Shown: one piece after another, positions 37,911 through 49,300 of the stretch
Position numbering within the stretch: position 1 is the stretch's first letter
Layout: every line of letters begins with the position of its first letter
DNA from: an uncultured bacterium
Lineage (GTDB): Bacteria > Omnitrophota > Omnitrophia > Omnitrophales > Aquincolibacteriaceae
Assembly: GCA_964482725.1 (NCBI GenBank)
Contig: CAYZYT010000007.1
Coordinates: forward strand, 19,875 to 83,874
Length of the DNA stretch: 64,000 nt
Direction of reading: 5' to 3'
Program-made: the position numbers and the translations under genes
The notes under the pieces: generated by a model
Database searches by the model: none
What the model saw: only the letters and a program-made list of their open reading frames with translations
What the model was told of the DNA's origin: nothing

Positions 37911-39149
37911 ATGGATCCATTGCCGATAAAAGCACTCGATGTCGAACAAATAAGAAAAGACTTCCCGATCCTCGGGGAGCAGGTTTACAGCAAGCCGCTT
38001 ACGTATCTGGATAATGCCGCGACGACGCAGAAGCCCAGGGCCGTGATCGATACCCTGACGCAGTATTATTCCAAGGAGAACGCCAATATCCACCGGGGCA
38101 TTTTTTGCCTGAGCGAGCAGGCAACCAAACGTTACAAGAGCGCGCGCCACAAGGTCCAGGAATTCATCGGAGCGGCCTCGGACAAAGAGATCGTTTTTGT
38201 GCGCGGGACCACGGAGGCGCTCAATCTCGTGGCTCATTGTTATGGCCGGACTTTTCTTAAAGCGGGAGATGAGGTTCTCATCACCCACATGGAGCACCAT
38301 TCCAATATCGTTCCTTGGCAGATGCTTGCGGAACAGATCGGGATCAAACTCAAGGTGGCTCCCATCAACGATCAGGGAGAGCTCATGATGGATGAGTTCC
38401 AGAAACTTCTGACGGACCGGGTGAAATTCGTGTCCGTGGTCCACGTCTCGAACGCGCTGGGGACGGTGAATCCGGTGAAAGAGATCATCCGGTTGGCGCA
38501 CGCGAAGGGCATTCCCGTGATGGTCGATGGCGCGCAGGCGGTGGCGCATACTCCCGTGAATGTCCGGGACCTCGACTGCGATTTTTATGCTTTTTCCGGG
38601 CATAAGCTTCTCGGGCCGACGGGGATTGGCGTTCTTTACGGGAAAAAAGAATTTCTGGAAAAGATGCCGCCGTATCAGGGGGGCGGGGACATGATCCGTT
38701 CCGTGAGCTTTGAAAAAACGACCTACAACGACCTGCCCTATAAATTTGAGGCTGGGACGCCGCATATTGCCGGGGTGATTGGGTTGGGCGTGGCGATCGA
38801 TTACATCTCAGACGTTGGGCTTAGCCAGATCGAGACGTATGAACAGGAGCTTTTGAAGTATGGGACTGAAAAGCTTTTGCAAGTCCCGGGACTCCGTCTG
38901 ATCGGGACCGCGAATCATAAATCCGCCATTCTTTCTTTTGTGTTGGGTGATGCGCATGCGCATGATATCGGGACGATCCTGGATCGCCAGGGGATCGCGA
39001 TCCGCGCGGGCCATCATTGCGCCATGCCCGTGATGGAGCGTTTTAATGTGCCGGCCACCACGCGCGCTTCGCTTGCTTTCTATAATACGCGGGAGGAGAT
39101 CGATCGCTTGGTCGCGGCGCTTCATGAGGTGACGGAGGTGTTCCGGTGA
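37911..39149 (+). CDS. sufS: Cysteine desulfurase SufS
   Basis: YLDNAATTQKP, EHHSNIVPW, DGAQ, SGHK, FEAGTP and RAGHHCA. Confidence 0.96.
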   Translation: MDPLPIKALDVEQIRKDFPILGEQVYSKPLTYLDNAATTQKPRAVIDTLTQYYSKENANIHRGIFCLSEQATKRYKSARHKVQEFIGAASDKEIVFVRGTTEALNLVAHCYGRTFLKAGDEVLITHMEHHSNIVPWQMLAEQIGIKLKVAPINDQGELMMDEFQKLLTDRVKFVSVVHVSNALGTVNPVKEIIRLAHAKGIPVMVDGAQAVAHTPVNVRDLDCDFYAFSGHKLLGPTGIGVLYGKKEFLEKMPPYQGGGDMIRSVSFEKTTYNDLPYKFEAGTPHIAGVIGLGVAIDYISDVGLSQIETYEQELLKYGTEKLLQVPGLRLIGTANHKSAILSFVLGDAHAHDIGTILDRQGIAIRAGHHCAMPVMERFNVPATTRASLAFYNTREEIDRLVAALHEVTEVFR

Positions 39150-39183
39150 ATGTTGTTACGCCGTTTCTCCGATGGAACCGATC

Positions 39184-39222
39184 CAACCTGCCAGGTCAAC
39201 CTGCCAGGTCAACCTGCCAGGT
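39184..39222. repeat. Three tandem 13-mers caacctgccaggt
   Basis: Exact 3x repeat; each unit is self-complementary (acctg-c-caggt); flanked by atc...gat. Confidence 0.9.
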
Positions 39223-39243
39223 TGGATGGGCCGAGGGGGTCCG

Positions 39244-39699
39244 ATGAGCGGGGATATCCGGGAGCTCTATCAGCAGATGATCATGGACCACAACAAGAAC
39301 CCGAGAAATTTCCGCGGGATGACGGACGCCGACCGGGGCGTGGAGGGCTACAATCCTTTGTGTGGTGACCACTTCAAGGTTTACTTGAAAATGGAAGGGG
39401 ACCGGATCAAAGATATCAGCTTTGACGGGTCAGGCTGTGCGATATCGAAGTCCTCGGCTTCGATGATGACTGCGGCCCTCAAAGGTAAAACGCGCGAGGA
39501 AGCCAAGGCTCTTTTTGAAGAAGTTCACAAGATGCTCTCTCGTGGGATCGGCGAGCCGTTCGATGCGGCGAAGGTCGGAAAGCTTGCGACGCTCGGGGGT
39601 GTGTGTGAATTCCCATCGCGCGTCAAATGCGCTTCGCTGGCGTGGCATGCTATGCTCGAAGCCCTGGAGCCGACGGGGAAGCAAATAACCACAGAATAG
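39244..39699 (+). CDS. sufU: SUF-system NifU/SufU-family scaffold
   Basis: ELYQQMIMDH, NPLCGD, GCAISKSSAS and RVKCASLAW. Confidence 0.94.
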   Translation: MSGDIRELYQQMIMDHNKNPRNFRGMTDADRGVEGYNPLCGDHFKVYLKMEGDRIKDISFDGSGCAISKSSASMMTAALKGKTREEAKALFEEVHKMLSRGIGEPFDAAKVGKLATLGGVCEFPSRVKCASLAWHAMLEALEPTGKQITTE

Positions 39700-39706
39700 A
39701 TAAAAT

Positions 39707-39766
39707 AGGATGGCGGAAGGCGGATGGCGAAAAAACGGTTTTACTCCCTCCTCCATCCGTCATCCT
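39707..39766. repeat. 7-nt-period imperfect palindrome (GGATGGC-type)
   Basis: aggatggcggaaggcggatggcg ... ccctcctccatccgtcatcct. Confidence 0.55.
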
Positions 39767-39777
39767 GAAGAGAGCCT

Positions 39778-40101
39778 ATGCCAGAAAAAACTTTAGACGA
39801 CCAGATCTGGGACCAGCTTCGCCTTTGCTACGATTATGAGATCCCAGTCAATATCGTGGAGTTAGGGCTCATCTATGGCTTCAAGGTGGAAGATCTTCCG
39901 GAATGCGGGAAGTCGGTCGAAGTCCGCATGACATTTACAAGCCCCATGTGTCCGATGGGGGACCTTATCAAGAAAGACGTTGAACGCCGCGTTGAGACTG
40001 TGCCCGGCGTCAAAAAAGTCTCCGTCGAGATCGCTTTTGACCCTCCCTGGGATCAATCCCGCATGACCGAAGCTGCGAAGCTTCAGCTCGGTTTTTTGTA
40101 A
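39778..40101 (+). CDS. DUF59/SufT-family Fe-S assembly protein
   Basis: CYDYEIPVNIVELGLIY, MTFTSPMCPMG and FDPPWDQSRMTEAAKLQLG. Confidence 0.92.
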   Translation: MPEKTLDDQIWDQLRLCYDYEIPVNIVELGLIYGFKVEDLPECGKSVEVRMTFTSPMCPMGDLIKKDVERRVETVPGVKKVSVEIAFDPPWDQSRMTEAAKLQLGFL

Positions 40102-40275
40102 TCTCTTCCCCCAACCCAGGCCCGGGTCTCCCTAGGGCTTTAACGCCAAGGCAATTTTTCGACACATGTCATTGATTAAAGATGCTATATCCTGCCATGA
40201 ATAGGGGATGGATTTCCCAAGACGTTTCAAATAGACATTTTTGATAAAAAACTCGAAATTTTTAGGCTCTCGCCC

Positions 40276-40304
40276 TTGCTTTCCAAGGGTTCATCAGTTA
40301 TATT
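40276..40304 (+). promoter_or_regulatory. Candidate sigma70 promoter of the giant gene
   Basis: TTGCTT-17-TATATT in an AT-rich 300-bp spacer; AAGGA RBS before ATG 40398. Confidence 0.5.
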
Positions 40305-40397
40305 TTTTACAACTTTCTAAACATTAAAAAAAATAAGATAAAATCCGTTTCGAAATCAAAGAAATAAAATCTGTTTTCCTAAAGGATGAGCCGCTGA

Positions 40398-43300
40398 ATG
40401 AATTCAAGTAAGCCTATCAAGTCGTTCATTGCTGCGTTTACAGCCTTCACCTTTTTCTTCACCGGCCTGGGCATTTCACCCAACGCTTTTGCTTCGGGGG
40501 GTGCTTCTCTTGCCCCCGAAGTGTCTCTACCTTATCAGGTTAAGCTGGATCAAAATCTTCGTGTCACCATTCCTCAAGAATTAGGCAAACTCGAAAATTT
40601 TAAAATGGGCCAAGGGCCCGCCATCTTCCATATCCAGGACGCGCACGGTCATTACGAAGGCCAGCAGAAGATCCGCCAACTCCTTGGATTTCTGAGCAAG
40701 ACCTACGGGGTCAATACCGTGCTCGTGGAAGGAAGCGCTTTCCGGCTCAATTCCGAAAAGATCAACTTTTTCCCCAAAGATGTGAAGAAAACGCTTGCCG
40801 TGAATGAAGAGTTTACCCGTCGCGCGTGGGTTTCGGGGGCGGAGCTTTTTCTTTTAGACAGACTACAGACAAGAGACCAGAGACAAGAGACTAAAAATAA
40901 AAATTTAAAACCAGCTTTAGGTCTCCAGTCTCCAGTCTCCAGTCTCTGGTCTGGCGGCGAAGCCGCCGAGGCGCTCGGAATTGAGAATGCGGAGGCGTAT
41001 CGCTCAAACGGCCGGTCGTTCGTGAATGTCCTCACGGAAAAACAAAAGACGGAACAATTCCTCGCGGACATGAATATGCAGATCGAGCGTCTTGCGAGCC
41101 ACTCCCTTAATAAGGAGCTCCGCGACTTTCTCCGTCGGGTCGAAGGTTTCGAAAAGAATCAAGTCCCGCTTGATACCTGGCTTGCCAATCTGAAAACGGA
41201 AGCGGCGAAGAGCCTTGAGATCGATCTCGCGTCACCCGCTCACCAGCTTGATTGGCCGATGCTTGTGCGTATCTACAAGATCCAGGAGCTTTCTTCTAAG
41301 CTGGATCGAAAATCTTTCCCCAACGAGAGGGACGCATTCCTTAAAGCGATTCGGAGATTCCTACCTTCGAGGACTACAGACCCGAGACCCGAGACCCGAG
41401 ACCAAAACCAAGATAAAGTCTCCAGTCTCCAGTCTCCAGTCTCCAGTCAAATCGAAGCGTTGCTTCGTAACGATTCGATGAGTCAGCAGTTGCCGGATCC
41501 GGAGACAGGGTTGCTTTTTGAAGATATGGTCAAGCGCCTTCCGGAAAATTTCAATTATGAGGCGTTCCCGAACGTCCGAAATTTTATCGGAACACTCCTT
41601 CTTCGGAGCGAACTTAAAGCAGATCGCTTGATGAGGGAAGTCCAGAAGCTTTCGGAGACCCTCACCGCCAAATTGATCCGTAATAAGGAAGAACAAAAAC
41701 TCGTCGCGTTGCTCGCCGACCACCGACTGCTGCAGAAGCTCTTTGCGCTGGAGCTTACGCCGGCGGATTATGAAATAATCCGCGGGGAACGGCAAACGGG
41801 CAACGGTGAACGTGAAAACATAGAGCCGTCAGAAATCATTCGCCGATTTAGCGAATTCGTTCCCCGTTCCACGTTCCCCGTTTCCCGGGTGAAGTCCGTC
41901 CAATTCTCCCATGTTGCTGAATTGGATCATCTATTCGATGCAGCCATGAAGTTCTACTCCGGCGTCAAAGCCCGCGACGGAATGATGGAAACGAGAATCG
42001 AGGAACGCCTGAAAGAGACCGGCGCGACCAAGGTCGCCGTGATCACCGGCGGTTTCCACAGCCAGCCGATGCAGGATCACTTCATTAATAAAGGATATTC
42101 CTACGCGCTTATCACTCCCAAGCTCTCCGGGGCTGACGAAACGGGCCGCGACGGTTATCTCCAAGCCGCGCTTGCGAGCATTCTCCCGGCGCAAAACACG
42201 TACAAAAATCCCTTCATTTTTACGACGGCCAATCCTGCGGGTGACGGCGCGTCGCTCGCCGGCGTCAAAACGGCCGTGACGGATGTCCTGCAGAAACTAG
42301 TGGCTGGCGGTGCTCTTTCGAGTGCGGACGCCAGGGGCGTGACGCGTAAATTGGCGGGAAAAGCAGACCAGACCACAGACCAGAGACCACATACTGCAGC
42401 CAATGCTTTAAGTCTCCAGTCTCCAGTCTCCAGTCTCAAGTCCGACGTGGGCCGCTCCGAAGCGCGGATGGATCTTCGCGGCGATGCTGAAGAGATGCTG
42501 AAAAGTCTTAAGGTCAAGCCCGGCACGGACGGAGCTTCGGTGACATTTACTTTTGAAGGTGAGTTTCCGGACAAACCGAGCCCGATGTCCGTGACGTCGG
42601 CTGCGGAACTTTTTGATCTCTTTCAAAAGTTACAGGAATTCGGGATCCTGCCTTCTGATCCTGATGTGTTGATGCTCATCGGTCCCGGGGAAGTGGTGGA
42701 GGCGGAGGAGGGGCACACTATTACGATCAAGCCCGACCAGTGCATGGTGGTTTTTAAAGGAGGGACTGAGGCCACGGTCATCCAATGGCAGGATGCCTAT
42801 GGCATCAAGCAGGTCCTGCAAAAGATCATTTTGTGGTTGGGGGCTTCTTCTGGTCCCAAGGTCACTGTAAAACTTAGATCCGCCGCTGCCGCGCCGGCCA
42901 TTCCCGTCGCAGCACCCACCGTCGGAGCCAACAAACTTCAGCTCAAAAAAGAGGTTCCTTCGCTCAAGAACCTTTCGCCATTCAAAAATCTATTCGGAGG
43001 TCTGAAATCGCTCGGAGAAGCGCAGATCATTTCAGAAGCCCCCGTTGCAATTCGAGATGCCGCGAGGATTCTTGGGACTTTATCCCAGAAGTTTTCGTTC
43101 ACGGCTCTTGGGTTCGTCGAAGCTTCAGGGAATCTCGCCGATCCTTCCAAGGTTGCGTGGCTGCCGACCCTGGGGAATCCATCGGCAGGAGAATTGATGC
43201 AGAATCTGAGCGTTACTGCCTCCGGCGGGAACGCGGATGCTCTTTGTGACGTTGTCATCGCACCTTATAACGGAGAACGATTTGGTTCGCAATCCGGCAA

Positions 43301-46300
43301 CATGCTTTTTCTTCTCCCGCAGCGCTCCGAGGTCCGTCTGGAAAATGCCGGGCCGGTGAAGGATCTGGAGGCGATCAAAAAAGAGATCCGGTCAGCTTTG
43401 GAGGCAAATGATGCCGCCCACACGTTCAAACTTTTCGGGATCACGCTTCTCGCCGGGACTCACGTCGCGGATTTCGACGCGCGAGTGGCTCAAATGGATT
43501 CTTCGCATCTGGCCGCGTGGCTTGACGCTATTTTGCCGGTTCTTGAAAAGGTGGCGTCAAAGGTTGTGGTGCACGTTGGGTACGATGACCATGGCTCAGG
43601 GAACGCGGATGTAAAGCTTTGGATAGCTCTAATGAGTCTGAAAACCCAACTTAATAAAGCGAGGGCGGCCGAAGCGCCTCTGGCGCAAGGGACAAAAACC
43701 GCTCCAGCAGCTACCGCCGTACGCTCGGAAGCGCGGGCAAAGAAGGTTGGGGTTGTTGTTTCCGTGCGGATCGCGGTTGATCTTACGAAATATGACCGCA
43801 GAACCTTGGTCCGGGATGTTGCACTCCGGGAAATTGAAGAAAAAGTTGGCGCCAGGGCCGCGGATGATTATTTGTGGCGTGTGAGATTTTATTTCAACAA
43901 TGATGGCAGTAATGACGTTCGAGAGTTGAGGACTTTCGTTTCGTTGAACGCTTTGAAAGAATGGCTGAGACCATCAAGACGTACGAGATCAAATCTTACG
44001 ACGCTTGATATCGAAGGACTACCAAGCATCTATGCGCCTGCCGTCCGCTCTGAAGGGCGTGGGCCGCAGGAATGGATGCAAGAGGTCGACGCACTGACAG
44101 AACAGTTTTCTCAAAAATTTCAAGAGTCTCAGGCTTCCGGATCCGCGGAATTAGCGTCGCTGGAAGACCGGCTTGAGGATATCGAAAAAATTCAAGGGAG
44201 AATGAGAGTTCTTTCCCTGGTGATCCCGAGAGAGGTTGTGGCGATCGAGAGAAGAATGAAAGGCGAGCCTTCCAAAGAAGATTTCTCTGCGGGACTTGCG
44301 GCGCAGCGCCCATCGCTTCGCGATATGACTCGCGAAATGGAAGCGCTTTACGAAAAAGCGATTGCTCTCAACAGTGTCGAGACAGATTCCGTGAACCGGT
44401 TTCCGATCGCCCCTGTTTCCGTGGCCGGGCATTTCGTCTTCTTGGGTGGGCCCCTGGGGAGCTTGTATACGGCACTCAATAACGCCCGTGCGGAAGTGCG
44501 GACACAGGAAACCCATTACCGGAACACGACCGCGGAAGGGAAGATGCTCGAGATCGTTCAGAAAGCGGCGGGAAGTGAAATTCTTTTGGATGGAGCCAAT
44601 GTTGGGGATTGGAAACGGAATCCCGGCCTCAACGATGGCAACGACAGGATCGTTTTCGGGGACTTGCAGGTTGAAGATCATAATGTCACTGTTTTATTCG
44701 ATCCCTCAGCTATGGCGGAAGGCAAACAGCCTTGGCTTGTGTCTGTAGATGGGGATGACCACGCGGAAATGACGGCGCCGGTGGTGAATGCCGTTCAGGC
44801 TTTTATCAAACAGTCGATCGTGTCCGTGGAAACCTCTCAAGTCGCGGCTCCGGCCATCGAAAAAGAACAGCCGGTGGCGCCTGCCGTCGTGACCCCTGCG
44901 GTAGAAAAAATTGCAGCGGCTGTTTCTGCTGTGCCGGTGGCGCCGCGGGTTTCTGGGCGTATCAGTTTGCCGAAAGAAGTGAGACCTGTGGGCAGCCCGG
45001 TGGCGAGTATCAAGCTGGGCGCTGCGTTAAAACAATTTGAGGCCGAAAGCGCTGCTGCCGCAAATGATCCTAAAGCCGTAGAAACGCGGCGTCTTGCAGC
45101 GGAAGTTGCGGCAAAGGCAAAGAACGCGCAGATGCTAATCGGCAAAAGCGGCGGTGCTCAAAAACCGGCGCAAATACGCCGGGGCGGATTGATCGACAGA
45201 CTTCCCGGGTTGCCGGAGCGCGAACAGGCCCGGAATGTATGGCCGGCATTTGAAAATTTTTATACGAGACTTCTCGCCGAAGGTCAGGCGGAGGCATTAC
45301 TCAAGCTCCTGAAGGAAACGGAACAATATACGAAGACACGGACCCGCGCGACTTTTATCGCTGCGGGGATCGCGGCGGTTGTGATCTCGCTTTCGTGGCT
45401 TATCACGGGCGTCGGAGTGGTGACCATGATGGCGTCGTTTGTGTGCGGCGCCGGAGTTCTCGGAACGGTCTGGTTCTTCAATAATAATGTTCCCGATCTT
45501 TTGCGTTTGACCGGTAGTGGTGTGGTGGCGTTGGTGCCACTCTTCCAGAAGGCGGTTGACGACGTCAAAGCGAGGGAAGCCAAGCTCGCGGGCCGTGGGC
45601 CCCAGCCGGCAGCCAAGGGCACGGAAAAAGATGAAGAATCGGGTTCGTTCGGCAAACAGCTTTCAGATCTGGCCGCCCAGGCAACCGATGCGAAAGTTTG
45701 GGACAAAGGTGTGATCATCCCGAAACTTGCGGAAGTCATTGCCGGTGTTCCGGAGTTGACCGGTACGCAAATGCCGGTCCAAACGACGCTTGGGAAAACC
45801 CAGCCCGAAAAAACTCCGAATGGCATGATATCCAAGGGAACTCAAGGCCGTTCGGAGGTTAGGGCGAATACGGTTCCAGCCGCATCGGAAGAAGCCCTGC
45901 GGAATGAATTACAACAGATAGAAAGACAATTAGAACAGATCCAGGACCGGCAGGTTCAAGGGGAGGACGTCGGCTTGGCACGCGAAGATGTTCTCGCCCT
46001 TCAAGGACAGCGCGCAGCGATCCTGGAAAGTTTGGGGCTTACCACTCGTTCCGAAGTTCGGCTGTCGCCCGTTCAAGAACGGAAATTCCAGCAGGCGTTG
46101 CGGGATCTTCAGGCGAAGTGGTGGGACGGGAGCTTCAATGATCATGGCGCGGGACGCAAAATTGCTGCCGCCATCCTTCTTGGCGAGCTCAAAGATCCCC
46201 GGGCCGTTCCGGCATTGACGGAAGTTTTAACGGATGAATACGAAAAAGTACGTCGCGCCGCGGCCTCAGCGATCGAGTTGATCAATAATAATACTGAAGT

Positions 46301-49300
46301 GCTGAACAATGAACTCCGGAGGATCGAGCAGGCGCTGGGTCAGATCCAGGACCGGCAGGTTTTGGGTGAGGATATCGGCTGGGCACGAGAGGATGTTCTG
46401 GCGCTCGAAGGTCAGCGTGCCGTGATCCTAGAACAATTGGAACAGGCAAATCGTTCGGAAACGCGGAGAGGGCAAGAAGTTTTGCCCAAGATCGATCCTA
46501 CAAAAACGATCGCCTGGAGAGAACTCAAGGAACTCTCATCTCTGATGCAGAGGGAAGCAATATCCATGAGAGGTATGTTCGAGGCGGATCCGAATCGTTT
46601 CGATAAGTATTCCGTCCGGTTGGGCGATGATTTTCTTCTGGATTATTCGAAGAATCGGATCGACGGGCATGTTATGGCGGCGCTCATGAATCTTGCGGGG
46701 CAGACACGTTTGCAGGACGCGATCGAGTTGATGTTCACGGGCGCGAAGATCAACGAAACTGAAAACCGAGCGGTGCTCCATACCGCGCTCCGGGCTCCGG
46801 CAGATGCGGTGATCGAAGTGGACGGGATGAACGTTGTGCCGGACGTGCATCAAGTGCTTCAGCGGATGAAGAAATTCACGGACGATGTCCGTTCGGGCGA
46901 ATGGAAGAGTTACACCGGCAAGCGTATCAAGAATATCGTCAATATCGGAATCGGCGGTTCGGACCTCGGCCCGGTGATGGCCTACGAAGCGCTCAAGAGT
47001 TACAGCGACCGGGATCTGACGGTCCGTTTCATTTCAAACGTCGATGCCACGGACTTTGCGGAAAAGACCCGCGATCTCAAACCGGAAGAAACACTTTTCA
47101 TTATTGCCTCCAAGACGTTTACGACACAAGAGACCATGACGAATGCCGGAACGGCTAAGGCCTGGTTTCTGAAGAGCGGCGCGAAAGAGGAAGATGTCGC
47201 GAAGCATTTTGTGGCGGTTTCCACGGCAAAGGAGCTCGTCAAAAAATTCGGGATCGATACGGCGAATATGTTCGAGTTCTGGGACTGGGTCGGCGGTCGC
47301 TATTCCGTGTGGTCTGCGGTCGGTCTCCCGCTTATGTGCGCGATCGGTTATGAAAATTTCCGTGAGTTTCTGGACGGTGCTCATGAAATGGACCGTCATT
47401 TCCGGACCGCGCCTTTCAATCAAAATATTCCCGTGATCCTCGCGCTCCTCGGGATCTGGTACAACAATTTCTTTGGCGCCCAGTCGCAGGCGATCCTGCC
47501 TTACGATCAATACCTTAACCGTTTTGCGGCTTATTTCCAGCAGGGCGATATGGAGTCGAACGGAAAGAGTGCCGGCCGCGACGGCAAGCCCGTCACGCAT
47601 CAAACCGGTCCGATCCTTTGGGGCGAACCCGGGACGAACGGCCAGCACGCCTTCTATCAATTGATCCACCAGGGGACGAAATTGATCCCGGCCGACTTCA
47701 TCGGTTTCGCGAATTCCCTGAACCCGATCGGAGATCACCCCGAAAAACTCGCAGCCAATCTTTTTGCCCAGACCCAGGCGCTGGCGTTCGGTAAAACAGC
47801 TGACGAGGCGCGCGCGGATCTTGTTGCGGAAAATGTGAAAAAGAAAGCGAAGGGTGAAAAAGAATTAACTGCCGAAGAGATCGAAAGTCTCATTCCTTTC
47901 AAAGTATTCGAAGGCAATAAACCGACCAATACGATCCTTGTCAACCAACTGACGCCGCGGACGCTCGGGGTGCTTGTCGCGATGTATGAGCACAAGATCT
48001 TCGTGCAGGGCGTGATCTGGAATATCTACAGTTTTGATCAATGGGGGGTCGAACTTGGTAAAGCGCTGGCGAGCGGGATCCTGCCGCAGCTTGCTCCGAG
48101 CGCCGAAGTGAAAGGGCAAGATAGTTCAACCTCCGGGCTGATCGGTGTTTGGAAGAAAATGAGCGGTCGTTCTGAACTCCGTGGGATCATCGCTTTGCGT
48201 CATCGGCTGAAGAGCCTCGTGATGGTTTCTGCGGCGGCGGGGATGATGGGTTTTTCCGGATGCGCGACTCATAATGTCGGGACGCAGGCGCCCAGGTCCT
48301 ATCCGCCCGCCCCTAGTTATGATTATCGGCCCTTATATAAAAAGCCGATTTTGCCAAAGACCCAAGTTCCTAAATTTAATTTCAAACAGAATGCCAATCC
48401 GCCCGCTTTTCGGCCCCTAAGGCCCGTCGCCCCCATGCCGAAGATGCCCGCGGCGCGTTATCGTTCGGAGACGAGAGATTTAGAGCTGGAGAGACTTCTT
48501 GCAGCAAGAAAGGAAGTGCAGGATGTTGCGCGTGAGCAGCTTTCCAATCCCAAATTGATCGAAGCGCTGAAAAAACGAGCCGCACGGGAAGGAAAGGTTT
48601 TTCAGGTACCCTCCATGTCGCGCCGTTCTGAACTGCGAGGCAATGTTGAAACCCGGGATCCGGATCTTGAGAGATTGATCGCGGCAAGGAAGGCCGTGCA
48701 GGATACTGCGCGTGAGCAGCTTTCAAATCCAAAATTGATCGAAGCCTTGAAACAAAGAGCCCTTCGAAAAGGAATTGTTTTTTCGGAGCCTGTCTTTTCT
48801 GCAGTTCTGATCATCGGACTAGGGTTGGGCGCAGTCTCAGCGGCGCTCGCTCAGGCGAGTGTTACAAATGAAAACGCCGCCCTGACCCACCGGCCGAATT
48901 GGGCCGAATTCATGGCCACCTCGGATAGAAGTGATGTTGCGACGACGTTGGTGAAGTTTACCCGTGCCGGCGAAGAATGGGCTCGAAAACGCGGCAAGAC
49001 AGTGGACTATACGCCGGCATTTTTGGAAACGATGAAAGAAAAGATCAGAAAAGGGGAGATTCGCGACTCCCAGGAACTCTACAACCTGGTCATTCGCTGG
49101 GTCGAGCACAACGCCGTTCCCTCGGGCAAAGCCACTCGATCGACACGTACAGGTGCCGCAAGCAGCACGGAAGAGCGCAGCGAACTTCTCACTGCCCCTG
49201 AAAAAGGAACTGCAGAAAGTGCTGAGAGTGGCGGCGAAGCCAACACCGTGCGTGCCGAGATCCGGAATGTGGATGAATTTACGGGTAAGTTGCTCGAAGA

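Larger units (their letters stand above)
40494..42452 (+). other. N-terminal domain of the giant protein with a TraB/Tiki/EreA/ChaN-like residue pattern
   Basis: HIQDAH (40629-40646), VLVEG (E 40728), RDGMM (41973) and VAVITGGFH (H 42057), with a long helical insert between them. Confidence 0.55.

Noticed and set aside
39184-39222. Tandem 13-mers as a possible CRISPR array
   Set aside because: No spacers, the unit is too short, and there are no cas genes in the window.
40102-40397. AT-rich spacer before the giant gene as a riboswitch or tRNA integration site
   Set aside because: I could not recognise a riboswitch consensus, tRNA or att-like repeat; only a plausible promoter.
42453-42467. 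Equating RSExR with RxLR, PEXEL or furin motifs
   Set aside because: The spacing and conserved residues differ, so it is only a conceptual analogy.
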